From: a virus
Lineage: Duplodnaviria > Caudoviricetes
IMG/VR virus record: IMGVR_UViG_3300025751_002818
Coordinates: 26,576 to 90,575 of that record
Length of the DNA stretch: 64,000 bases
Direction: 5' to 3' (one strand)
Shown here piece after piece: positions 15,001 through 20,574 of the stretch. How positions within the stretch are numbered: the stretch's first letter is position 1; each line of letters begins with the position of its first letter. The notes under the pieces were generated by a model, which was given only the letters and a program-made list of their open reading frames with translations, was not told the origin of the DNA and searched no databases. The position numbers and the translations under genes are program-made.

Positions 15001-18000
15001 AAACGATTAGGTACAAATCCTGATGCCACAATGCAACAGTTTGACATATTCATATTCCAAGACGGGGTTGATGTAGGGTATCTTAGAATACCTGCAACAA
15101 TACATTTTACTATTCCAGCGAATACTCATGGTGGTGAATTTGATATTACAGGTACTACTTTAGCAACTAATATGTCTAAACTAAATTACAGTACTGTTTA
15201 TAGACCAGTAGTACAACCAGTTAACGAATTAGAAGAGTCACAAGCAATTATTTACAAATTTGATTTTAGTAATTTGCCTGATGATGCCAAAGTTAATGAT
15301 ATAGATATTGATATAAGGTTTGACAGTTATGCACCAGGTGACTTTGATATGATGTGGTTAACATCACCAGAAGGCCGAAGAATACCTATATTGCAAACTT
15401 TAGGTAAGTTTGGCACAGCAGGCCAACACGACCAACTTGGTTTCCTTGATGGTTATGATTATCACAATTCTGGTTTATTACAACAATTTGATTTTACATT
15501 AACATCTAACCAGAGTGCTGAGGCTATAAAATATGGAGGCGTTAATCTTCTTTATAGTAATAAAGTTAAACCTTCAATAGGTATGCCAACTAGACATGCA
15601 GAAAACAATGGACAAGATTATGATAGAGCAAACGGTGATATTTCTAAAATATTAGGTAGTCCATATGGAGATAGTATTTTAGCAAGTCAATATGGAATAA
15701 ATTATAACTCTGCAGAAAATGTTCTTAGAAAATTCTTAAGGGAGACCGACGGAAATATCAGAGGTATATTAGGTAAAGGTACTTGGTTCCTTGAATGGTC
15801 TAGACCTGGTAGAATTATAGATTCGAATTATGATCCTGAACAAGCAGGTAATAAAAAAACTAAAATACGCACACCGAACATAAAAATTAAATACACATCT
15901 GCTAGTGAAAACCCAGCATACGATACAGCCGACAAAGAGAGCATTGGCGATGTTACCATTATACAAAAAGGTGGTTTCCAGCCTGAGTTTGCAACTCGAC
16001 GATATACTGTAGTAGCAAAAGGCAGTAGTGGTAGTGGATTCGAAGCACAGGCATTCCTGAAAAAAGGTAAATTAGTAGGGGAAGATAATCCAGAACTCAA
16101 GAGTCAAACAGCAGTATTTGAAGTATTAAAAATCAACCAAGCAGGTAGTGTTACAAAACTTAGAATATTAGACAGAGGAGTATACGAAGTATTCCCAGCA
16201 GAATTTGAAAGAGGTGTAGCACTTAAATATCTTGATGGCGATATGGCGAGCCCAGGTATGCAGACAAGACCGGCTGGCGAAGGTTATGGTGCTAGAGTAC
16301 AATGCACATCAAGAAGTGTTATAAATTGCCAACAACCACCAGGCATTGTTGATAGAAATGCAGGGCCATCTAGGCCTGCTACACCAACTGAAATACTGGC
16401 GGATGCAATTAATACTGCCGGAGGATTAGACGGAGGCATTACATTAAGTTCATATCCAATTAACCCATCAGTGCATACATTGTCAATAAAAACAGATGCC
16501 GATGGGTTTGAATTAAGTGACATAGTGCCGGGAACACTCGATGCATTAGGTATTCCAGCAGGTGATTACGGTCCAAATGCTTTTGGATTTAGTGCAGAAG
16601 TAGGCGATGGCGGAAACGGGTTTGGCCTAAACGACAGTGGAATTAGAAAAGATAATCCTTTTGACAAAGGTGACCCTGATAGTTTGATATTGTATAATGC
16701 ATCAACACCTCCAGAATTTGATGGTTTAAGTAGTTCAAATTTTGGTAATGTTTATAGTTACGATATTAATAGAGTTAATGGTGGGCAATTAATTACAGAA
16801 AAATTACAATCAGAAGTTGATGTATTGTATTTAAAATCTGCAAGAGTCAGAAGTAGATATGAATTGAAGTCGCTTATGCCTAAGGCATGGGTGGACAACT
16901 ATGATGTAAATGGCTGGGCATATTTAGAGAATGGCAAAGTTATTTACAGAAAAGACGCATTAGTTGATAGTAGTAAAATTAAATCTGCATTAATTTACGA
17001 TAATATTACAGGTGAAAGAATTTCCGATGTATATTTAAATGATCCATTTAAAAATGTACACATGCCTGAAGTAGAAAGAAACTTAACTTATATTTCAGAA
17101 AGTGACCCTGTTTATTATGCAGACGATAGTAGTAACTTTAACAGTAAAAATGTAGGCGAACTTTGGTGGAATACATCAAATATGCGTGTACGATGGTATG
17201 AACAATCTGATGATGATTATAGAAGGCAATACTGGGGGTCATATGTAGACGGCTCAAAGGTTGATGTATATGAATGGATAGAATCAACAGAAACACCGAT
17301 AGAATATAGTGGAGAAGGCACCCCATTAGACATAGAAAAATATTTAATAGATCAAAAATATATGTCTAGTACAGGCATATTTACGAATCTATATTATTAT
17401 TGGGTTAAAGATATAACAGAAGTGCCGCAAGTAAAAGGTAGGACAGCAAGTGCTTCAAGTGTTGCTTCACTAATAGCATCACCTAAGTTAGAAAATATAC
17501 CAACATTTGGTGCAATATCCAACAACAGTATAGTTCTTAATAATGTAAAATCTTACTTAACAGATGATGAAAGTGTATTCCAAATAAACTTCAAAAGAAC
17601 TGAAACCAAATATAAAAACAAACATGAATCTTATATACTATTAGGCGAAGATAATATTGCAGGTAAGATACCTGACGAATTTTTCCAAAAACTAGTTGAT
17701 AGTTTAGTTGAAGAAGACAGATTAGGAAAGGTTGTTCCAGATCCATATTTAAACAAATTTGAAAAATACGGTATATCTATCAGGCCAAGACAAACAATGT
17801 TTGTTAATCCAAAAAATGCTAGAAGAGAGTTAGTATACTTTATTAACAGCATAATGAAAAATATCAAACTTACAGATGATTTATATACAGGATGGAATTC
17901 AACATTAACAACCAGTGCTTTTTATGAATTTATAGATTGGGTAGAAACAGGTTATGATACAAATACTATTAAATCCAGAGCCAGTGTTAAATCAATAAAA

Positions 18001-19848
18001 CAAATGAGAGGCTTGACAAATATTCCAGATGGAGCATTTGTAAGGTTAGTCGGTACTGGTACAAATCCAGATAAATTCTACATATACGATTCTGTAAAAG
18101 ATGATTATGATTTAGTTAAAATTGTAGGCGGTACAATAAAACTGAAGGATAGTGTTTTTGGTACAATAAATCCGGGACTTGCATCTGAACTTAGAAAACT
18201 ATTATTTGCTATACGCGATAATATATTTAAGAACACTAATTTAGAAAATAGATTATATTTCTCAATGCTAAATTATGTATTAACCGAACAATATCAAACA
18301 GACTGGTGTTTCAAAACAACATACTTCAATGTTCGTCAAAGTGCAGAAAATTTAATACAAACACCGTCAACTAAAATAGATACATTTGATAGTGTTGTTA
18401 AAAGTATTAAAGAAAACAAACCGTATACAAGTAAATTAAGAGATTTTGAAGATAGAAAGATTAGTATTGATTCACTGAAATCATTTGCAACAGATTTTGA
18501 TAGACCGCCTTATCAGCCAGACTTATCAACTACTGCCAAGATACTTGATGACAATAATTCTGCAGATGTTAGTATTTTAACAAATAATAACGAATATGTC
18601 AACTGGTCAAATAATTATAGTAATAATAGTACAAAGATTAGAACTATAACAGAAAAAATATTCATTGACAGAATAGATGATGAGATATCGCCAATTTATA
18701 ATCATACAGATAAAAATGGCATAATGACTGTGCAATTGGCATCAAAATATAAACAGCCACAATCTAATACAAGTGCTATTAGGATGGAACAATTAGCCAA
18801 TGCAAGTAGTAATGCAACGCCTATAAATCACATTGAGAGAGTGTTTAAGCATAATACAGTTGTCACAGATTTAACTAAGAAAATTGCTAATACAAGCATA
18901 TACTCAAGTGATATTATTGCAGGATTTATTGCAACAAGAGATGCAACATTAAGAACACTAGCATACGCAGACTTCTTTGGTGAAGAACTAGATGCTAATG
19001 TTTTTGCAAAAGCATATTATGATTCTATTGGTAAAGAGATAATGTCTACAGGACTTGGATACGACTTGTTTGGTTTTGATAGTTCAGGTTTTGATTCTAA
19101 GCAAAGTGTAAACAATTACACAGTTAATGCCGCAGTACAAAGTCAATTAATTAGAGATACACTAACATATCAAGGATTTGATAGTAGCACATTCTTTACA
19201 GGTTTAACAGGACCTAGTATACCACCAGAACATGCATTATTTAAACCATTAGAAGGTTTGCAGATTAATGTTCAATCAAATATGACAGCATATGATAATG
19301 ACGGTACAGTAGTTGGTAATCAAGATGGCATATTCAGACCTAAATCTGGTGCTACACAATTAGCAGGTACATACGGTAATGCTAATGTTTCATACAAAAT
19401 ATTTGTTGGAATGAGCGGTAATACTGAGTATGTTAGACTAAGCGACAGTAATAAAACAACACTAGCGGCAAATATTACTGCTAAGAGTTTGACAATACAA
19501 ATTACAGATGCAAGTACTATTACACCACCATATACAGGAAGTCCAGCAACAGCAGTCTTTATTGGAGACGAAAGAATAACATTTGAAGGAATTGAAGGCA
19601 ATACCTTAACAGGTGTAACAAGAGGAACAAACGGTACATCGGCAGAACCTCATACAGTAGGAGAGTCAGTATACGATGCAACTGAATCAAATAACATTAA
19701 TACTAGTGCATTTGCATACGGGGCCAATGCAGATCCAGAGATAACTTTATGGAATGTTGATAGCGGAGGTGCTTCATTACCACTATCAAATGCTAATACA
19801 TCTATAGCAAGATTCCTACAAGCAAGTCCAGGGTCATACTTTGGCTAG
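1..19848 (+). CDS. Giant virion structural protein (baseplate/tail-associated), 5'-truncated, at least 6,615 aa
   Basis: Frame 1 is open from base 1, so the GTG at 121 is not the true start. Motifs PGYWRG..YYYDT..PWEM, GD..P.E.AWR.SS.YPF, EEWAIK.G.FG and GELWWN...WYEQ...YR..YWG resemble the giant structural protein of GAP32/RaK2-like jumbo myoviruses (recalled, not searched). Several I.N.G.GY beta-repeat motifs; T/N/S/G-rich; upstream of tail-fibre genes. Confidence 0.8.
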   Translation: MFPQDDTAIAEKIYRIQDNSGTIQFVEDTSLSNLVVTNGQVYSITGTNIGLDYYWTGTSWKQAQQKIQINQEPLFNLYDSAGTKVDDPAKYPHSDFKGCPVFTYNTDKTSTKQTSYDAVLGANVVYQTSKFNSEPTFFNHLGNHTVNYKANLLANTSTIPGYLFYKDLQQDYKGNDNTRFKNNWHPISYPHQYRDFSNVETYFTNEVVKYEGQYFIANANISAGSFNISNFKYYEDDNSLYSKQYVEDVIIIDKVNSADKFFTTSASPHNNDIIVKLNDTALTINKDFAIRNSSTGIVINPTLNDVSLNNTGLGYEVGDILTLSIAGSNSNIAITVTDAESYDGNISNGGGQIKTISVSNYGLYSELVGHPGNITSIVTTASNNGHGVDATFNFTFNQTVTLKNTDVLNVKTFTKEGRKTTIDSYGFFEIPSALKYNPLNTEITETRLSDLIGHGNKLLLGQEGFSGKVTGNNNFKDTSKTFNVNDINIGQIDSDLLHSMYLSKNEDRNLINALRFGNDQYNNFKKKFISNLELYINNNDYLSQTNLEILDTVLKTIKSSKVTEGGFDLSYMVPIGTDYSNEEIVISNVSLQEYTFSNTVNIALDKNLYILQHNNTVLCADKDFTVDSYLPFDITLNNSITLAENDTLNLRIYEDSESADVPASLSKLGMFRAFQPQFMTDTSYQVNKDVILCHDGSYVIKQNDKIDDIILTFEQIIYSNIEEEYRNCEYIELNEYEIKPSFFCETDYSLVEYNKLLTTNFNKWNRQSKVDYRTNTVFDSTNEFTWNYASGPTEPGYWRGMYDYYYDTQTPTVTPWEMFGYCKKPSWWDTEYPTAITSSYTAFWNNVRDGYIPAGSRKGYWKRWARPTIYSYLPVDSSGNLRSPKEIVYTSLTGDSLNIDNLWAFGDIAPVEYAWRKSSHYPFAILEMLYLSRPGEFAKLFYDKRNLQRLSVQPEQLVDKTTGKRKLRQNFEPHGYKSTDNIITLRPGYTTLLYQYLSFYSLNINVEIGNPVKTLDTRLGHKFAGFVNSKQLNVFSESISTDGLSASQVLPKEDVTVNLHTSPFNSRNFYTGVKITKQAEGYSVSGFDTVSQYFDIIPSDVAGPFEGVQEGGTPADFSVFETLTSYLKDEIIKLGSVYYIAKQNISPGAFDSNMWTPLKSLPTIGGASGTVYQLGTGVTEKVYYDTVFQNAGKVFDFLISLSRKQKEIGFDFGEFDSSINSMNDWILAGKRFLFWSTENHEIGDSIKLSPLAETLKFVSTTGKISKINRQINEQYSIVDENNKAIIPEDCSIVREDNTITVSPIGNRIYGMLLHTELVEHAFVINNKTVFNDIINDNVLGIRQDRLEINTQRSRNWDGRYQAEGLVIVGDAVLPNFDTLIDSIRLYHDKDTTQLDPLKSQLAKGLLGYQTTNEYADIKIDDTIGFQYYKGLINQKGTANSLTSLIRSNVVNTNKNIEIFEEWAIKRGEFGDVYNHQSMDIKLEQDKFTRDNQQIEIIYPENVTGAVSNIFVFERNTTYYNVPTIEIDPPASGNAAQATAKLFANAQLESVTITNGGDGYASKPNVAVITGNIVISQFSDVLAFGLAGSNASVDLPLTGANAVTNVNIYDHTTESNLDIYLGNERSIDSVVELLNNKFTNANIANIVAYGDIDTETEKHLVTQVTKAGSNTRISTDRATITSNTSIEINTPVGSNAFVITNGASTLTLSNVDSITNTNPATVTLTTKTGFTPLQNGDTLTFVNHEPYSVLTSDILNKTYFVKATADSTIYELYTNETLTANVDATSWYNESVSGTDTHLQSVGAYRSAEADLVNVDFNYSTITGSGIRNTSYFAELSAFNNSYYAEAGTSNTQIKLYTDPALQIPLNTTALSKPFSDTNLANDFIQANVTVLGTGGDNRLFIKGTDFTIREVRLPGKLSDETTLEVLNIPAGRYQPTQRFPIRSANNTTTNDIIVSVDGKNVGTTYWSYDRGARTSITANASIVNDYNINPNNAFSIVLGGQNRFEDQNITRLNGLYPFAEIYIDGNKVNNTPDYDAFTLTNDLTETTISFSNASLYTDNFSIGSNITVIESGSVQFNNTFTADVPGKVLSIKSVANDTLIANTISKRTYERTKDILTDNKITIDIDDTETMLKRPSNSLQDGLWYRDNKQDYIVPNAGYVNRNKVNWESIDLPYFANLIGSGKVNIPNENDYLHLGKSENEDWNVFQLKKHGIESTTGNVSGAKNYIDNVNGRAMLFSDQRLSKWTDGNILGDKTNANFYDNIVVIKNANLSDTVLEWSNENFVFTPRVVYKGDYKPLKKINRGIVKIEPGHTKPITKVEPYKDQNYMARIYAEKSHPAPGLEFFTRASVIKDNLPNAHANSVLISPNSLAGLGVGDIVRFTGTQATAANLTLGKAYTVTGISERGLGGNPGAVDVDDPSKGFFTINEANVTGTDYASINSDCYVTYESDLDFNVNMKVKGLSGASTVLLEVGDTYNLNVSSYISNGLDIDFGLTSGERITNTNDFYVEDSSYAVANWNSSSKTFEISSNVTTQTAAITRPGFNEITLAAFGNSDGKGNSTLAGANSAIIDKGDFVQFTSVGNYSGNVYPVQSNDGNFIQIYDPAITSNTAGRTAVVYTGSKETRTGSISSLTSNALTLSSFTTSNLGNYGFGNVQYMNSNTSTGVIPGVSGSERPFKINGNTVIVDVADSVRTMQTRFPVHTLRDTTNNTVDLFFRDNGAGEFARVLFNDSEKTPEEQQLLSNDPSKLFNYNNKPVYLGLGLPISRNQLSLETDFTGIPESLRSIDGVELDLEFRYVTEQGLLELLRQTGIKGKLVTSDTSSVEFVNNAYEMLSKTENFDSAWWIENFTYTSDNPSLDGMYIELQARNGNNVTSKLDLIPRHIGEHEAFNITGEVEKGLTISTVASRLLDKNNKHKLKLDFSDLHPMSFTKVISVIDKKQNDLIWTDPNGNIIQVHPSQPMKIRSSLKTNKLKPSHVNGGHYPFEWWSEDVKNVLSQGADNKIILNLGFENGLTTYPGNNNFDIAVPLVIVHGAKFKYTLAPTTKNELLNLRVAIKDDTGNISQVVDRKITSVGQSSITIDNSDNTFTTNDTTNNLNAIIYQVDENKNKQVLANDYGSPVEKSTTDNGYSAVLLQPKNALSSLSNGNTLGYISTLPTQIGSAGTFYVGINNSANVSLDSIFGSNLDIALDYLPLNHTGVTSKQIDVTNVNVAIDVHVIEPQHKMFMDTEAVNNSILRFADTVHGANSILTGNILVANTQTNYAIIPKGISNNVGDFAINETQKNSLGIIVSSAYGPHLVLNKPNNLLSVNDTIFVNTSGSANGINNTEFRIREVTENTFTIKLANTNVIPTAELSSMKYLTYGSPIIQGTASTSTVTTRTIHVPANIHVFEPGDNITLNTGAVDTASVNGQTYIVSAVLENAIMINHATAPTSLTTNLTASLTGNANLHIVTLPRGYAIPGVTGSIYDPENNYSLGSNTTVTLNKITDLDFDKNFTTTDSKPVMYFEKDLGTSFNDDEYMIDIYEATRFYSKDHKIGKVDDNQLVVSSTNASSEGLVNIELPNGLRGLSVGANVTFSHSQTGHVLSGNSFVVKDFVNIVDNIEGGSEQYITIEAPGATATANVFSVSYDNYIPSQNRSIKISKTKNYDGFATPFMADKDSFVVNTVYTGNAITNGHWVSDTMLITGTTDFQNEINLKPSHNHIAIKNSPIRNYNATYKMAPIGLDQRRLNKNQIQVFGFTNSNVALEFTDKNVSYSLTDHNVVEVNDNKTYLPMQDTVEQVADSINFVSDFKAGAIDKEKKIEVGFLFGYRDPRSDNRSAPDFNQKYIQRPADVTGLDQVYSYEYIGAPGGNALKGGVNKYSPIKLNETIAERRAPSKLSGKYIIDMQGLEEQVYYGTLNEERTKRPHGAPAYKVLDGKITSDKQLVKDYENNLSNMYLDPTLRTIKNKAEPPFGSPKFSVWPYTGYTGYYGGDVAGFNFYDHYDGVRRQLNGHGGGGGISGGGGGPGNTPPQDPPPQDPPVQETCGKFRITLYDTNSGEEGTTYEFDDGLFDIVQQYIDSEYQNISGYQNQFIEAGGTGADWTTVLSYIEGIGENYTKIPYNQIDVDLCELQDLHIKDISGNTCTSSGEVLHLGGSAVNLPEGCDPCSLADSINAQSPNFRAECVPAEDKREPKSCVIKGGRQAWGTTDFRGVDKIVKLGNSKGQSMVYVGQRDDNYKLLEGRKDGVPTVLFGSRHDDARLMVSIDGPNLLKTIKLQLEEKGLDPNSYKSIVLRSTTNNDQAGELLHWKNSTSRITNTGSGIKGEYNNIDDRPFAIVYAPASGSVFDEGQQLQTIQYGKDNMHRGINKDTISVYVSKLNRSSYDYGTKGKGILYRLPKNGSSQHKYLGDLFNFTVIDDLYLGGFGSRTDEDTRSNAITTTEEQDDRGFKFTKITGYGERVQSGGKWKDRTGGWFQGLWQYHAKQQRRVQGCTSAEDANIPQLNPIVRIKSAVPFSLGTGCARSPFTEVGDFQPYREKVINSSANLTIANALTPEQYNELGGDTTSVFTPKVISGGLPGQEVTIVDIMGAPDTSNPFMTSDYIRIDGYPVNPRSGEGTRDGQIANANVGVVQTGMVEDSTGFNYMVGDKLTIVGGRPKTIDEDAYYLSDIIVTNPGAGYNSSTTRLEIVDAELGTILPGVQINPVFQPRDDAVTPVTKNTGRTAISSAILPYKTYVGYKGCRETNWLNDLDTNTAFIDRAGNSINGITLDARRVDIGIDSLNTYYEETVALSATTAMELGTTYKAFIGTRKYENFGEFMMFNFEENSTTGINDRGQSNFTSSFSESERTNLNGAWIMCWNIPNIQNKFNSTNAHDNFSNLTTGTVGIMKSYFDAEAFGPLTRDDFNHFLSDNIKETNGRIVKFLKLANDRVYFQVMNPYDLDTSAGRSIGTPDFTNMFARFYPINALNEFSTDTTSTFADNYEITIENDTSISSNVTASGTATFTMNSKDAVHGLKVKAKRLGTNPDATMQQFDIFIFQDGVDVGYLRIPATIHFTIPANTHGGEFDITGTTLATNMSKLNYSTVYRPVVQPVNELEESQAIIYKFDFSNLPDDAKVNDIDIDIRFDSYAPGDFDMMWLTSPEGRRIPILQTLGKFGTAGQHDQLGFLDGYDYHNSGLLQQFDFTLTSNQSAEAIKYGGVNLLYSNKVKPSIGMPTRHAENNGQDYDRANGDISKILGSPYGDSILASQYGINYNSAENVLRKFLRETDGNIRGILGKGTWFLEWSRPGRIIDSNYDPEQAGNKKTKIRTPNIKIKYTSASENPAYDTADKESIGDVTIIQKGGFQPEFATRRYTVVAKGSSGSGFEAQAFLKKGKLVGEDNPELKSQTAVFEVLKINQAGSVTKLRILDRGVYEVFPAEFERGVALKYLDGDMASPGMQTRPAGEGYGARVQCTSRSVINCQQPPGIVDRNAGPSRPATPTEILADAINTAGGLDGGITLSSYPINPSVHTLSIKTDADGFELSDIVPGTLDALGIPAGDYGPNAFGFSAEVGDGGNGFGLNDSGIRKDNPFDKGDPDSLILYNASTPPEFDGLSSSNFGNVYSYDINRVNGGQLITEKLQSEVDVLYLKSARVRSRYELKSLMPKAWVDNYDVNGWAYLENGKVIYRKDALVDSSKIKSALIYDNITGERISDVYLNDPFKNVHMPEVERNLTYISESDPVYYADDSSNFNSKNVGELWWNTSNMRVRWYEQSDDDYRRQYWGSYVDGSKVDVYEWIESTETPIEYSGEGTPLDIEKYLIDQKYMSSTGIFTNLYYYWVKDITEVPQVKGRTASASSVASLIASPKLENIPTFGAISNNSIVLNNVKSYLTDDESVFQINFKRTETKYKNKHESYILLGEDNIAGKIPDEFFQKLVDSLVEEDRLGKVVPDPYLNKFEKYGISIRPRQTMFVNPKNARRELVYFINSIMKNIKLTDDLYTGWNSTLTTSAFYEFIDWVETGYDTNTIKSRASVKSIKQMRGLTNIPDGAFVRLVGTGTNPDKFYIYDSVKDDYDLVKIVGGTIKLKDSVFGTINPGLASELRKLLFAIRDNIFKNTNLENRLYFSMLNYVLTEQYQTDWCFKTTYFNVRQSAENLIQTPSTKIDTFDSVVKSIKENKPYTSKLRDFEDRKISIDSLKSFATDFDRPPYQPDLSTTAKILDDNNSADVSILTNNNEYVNWSNNYSNNSTKIRTITEKIFIDRIDDEISPIYNHTDKNGIMTVQLASKYKQPQSNTSAIRMEQLANASSNATPINHIERVFKHNTVVTDLTKKIANTSIYSSDIIAGFIATRDATLRTLAYADFFGEELDANVFAKAYYDSIGKEIMSTGLGYDLFGFDSSGFDSKQSVNNYTVNAAVQSQLIRDTLTYQGFDSSTFFTGLTGPSIPPEHALFKPLEGLQINVQSNMTAYDNDGTVVGNQDGIFRPKSGATQLAGTYGNANVSYKIFVGMSGNTEYVRLSDSNKTTLAANITAKSLTIQITDASTITPPYTGSPATAVFIGDERITFEGIEGNTLTGVTRGTNGTSAEPHTVGESVYDATESNNINTSAFAYGANADPEITLWNVDSGGASLPLSNANTSIARFLQASPGSYFG
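11980..12066 (+). repeat. Gly-rich then Pro-rich linker (GHGGGGGISGGGGGPGNTPPQDPPPQDPP) inside the giant protein
   Basis: Locally GC-rich stretch with a tandem CAAGATCCACCA repeat, read directly from the sequence. Confidence 0.9.
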
Positions 19849-19875
19849 TAATTATAGCAGTAGTTTAAAAAAGAG

Positions 19876-19882
19876 ATAAATA
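19876..19882 (+). promoter_or_regulatory. T4-like late promoter motif ATAAATA, 5 nt before the ATG at 19888
   Basis: GATAAATA-cctat-ATG in a 39-nt intergenic gap with no clear Shine-Dalgarno. Confidence 0.6.
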
Positions 19883-19887
19883 CCTAT

Positions 19888-20565
19888 ATGAAAGAAGAAA
19901 ACGCAACAAACGAAAATAAGCCACAAACAGAACAAGTTGATACCACAGTTGGTTTTAACATATCTGGACACATTCTTATTAGAGATAAAGAATCTGGTGA
20001 AGAAATTGTAAACAAAAGAAATGCTATCCATTATGGAAATCTTGGATATCTGATTGCGAATTCTATAGGAAAAGGCACAGGTGGCGGTGTAGAAACAAAT
20101 GACTATGTACATTTTATGGCATTTGGAAACGGTGCTTCTAGTGTTGACAGCACAGGTAGAGTACTTTATAAAAGTACTAATACCAGCGAAACAAGAGAAA
20201 CTGATGCAACATTGTATAGAAAAACTTATGCAAAAGTAGTCAGTAATACAGATGCCAATCCAGATGCTGAAAAACCAAATAATAAAATTGAAATTATAGA
20301 AGGTGCTGGATTTACAGATTTAAAAGTTACTTGTACATTAGGTTTAGGTGAACCTGCAGGACAAGATAACTTTGATACTAGTTCAAATAATGAAGGAGAC
20401 TTTATATTTGACGAACTAGGATTGATGACTTATACGGCAGGCGATAATGCCACCACAGCAAGTAGTAGTTCAGAACTATTAACTCATGTGGTATTTCACC
20501 CTGTGCAAAAGAGTGCAAACAGAATAATTGAAGTAGTTTATACTTTAAGAATACAAATGACTTAA
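19888..20565 (+). CDS. Conserved jumbo-phage virion structural protein (baseplate/tail region)
   Basis: 225 aa; GHILIRD...NKRNAIH, FMAFGNG, FIFDELGL and THV.FHPVQKS.NR motifs; lies between the giant structural gene and the fibre genes. Confidence 0.65.
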   Translation: MKEENATNENKPQTEQVDTTVGFNISGHILIRDKESGEEIVNKRNAIHYGNLGYLIANSIGKGTGGGVETNDYVHFMAFGNGASSVDSTGRVLYKSTNTSETRETDATLYRKTYAKVVSNTDANPDAEKPNNKIEIIEGAGFTDLKVTCTLGLGEPAGQDNFDTSSNNEGDFIFDELGLMTYTAGDNATTASSSSELLTHVVFHPVQKSANRIIEVVYTLRIQMT

Positions 20566-20574
20566 TAGGAACAT

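Noticed and set aside
15463-15471. His-Asn-Ser in the giant protein, suggesting an intein C-terminus
   Set aside because: No matching intein block A (C-x-x-x-G/D-T-x-V) or LAGLIDADG/HNH motif found upstream.
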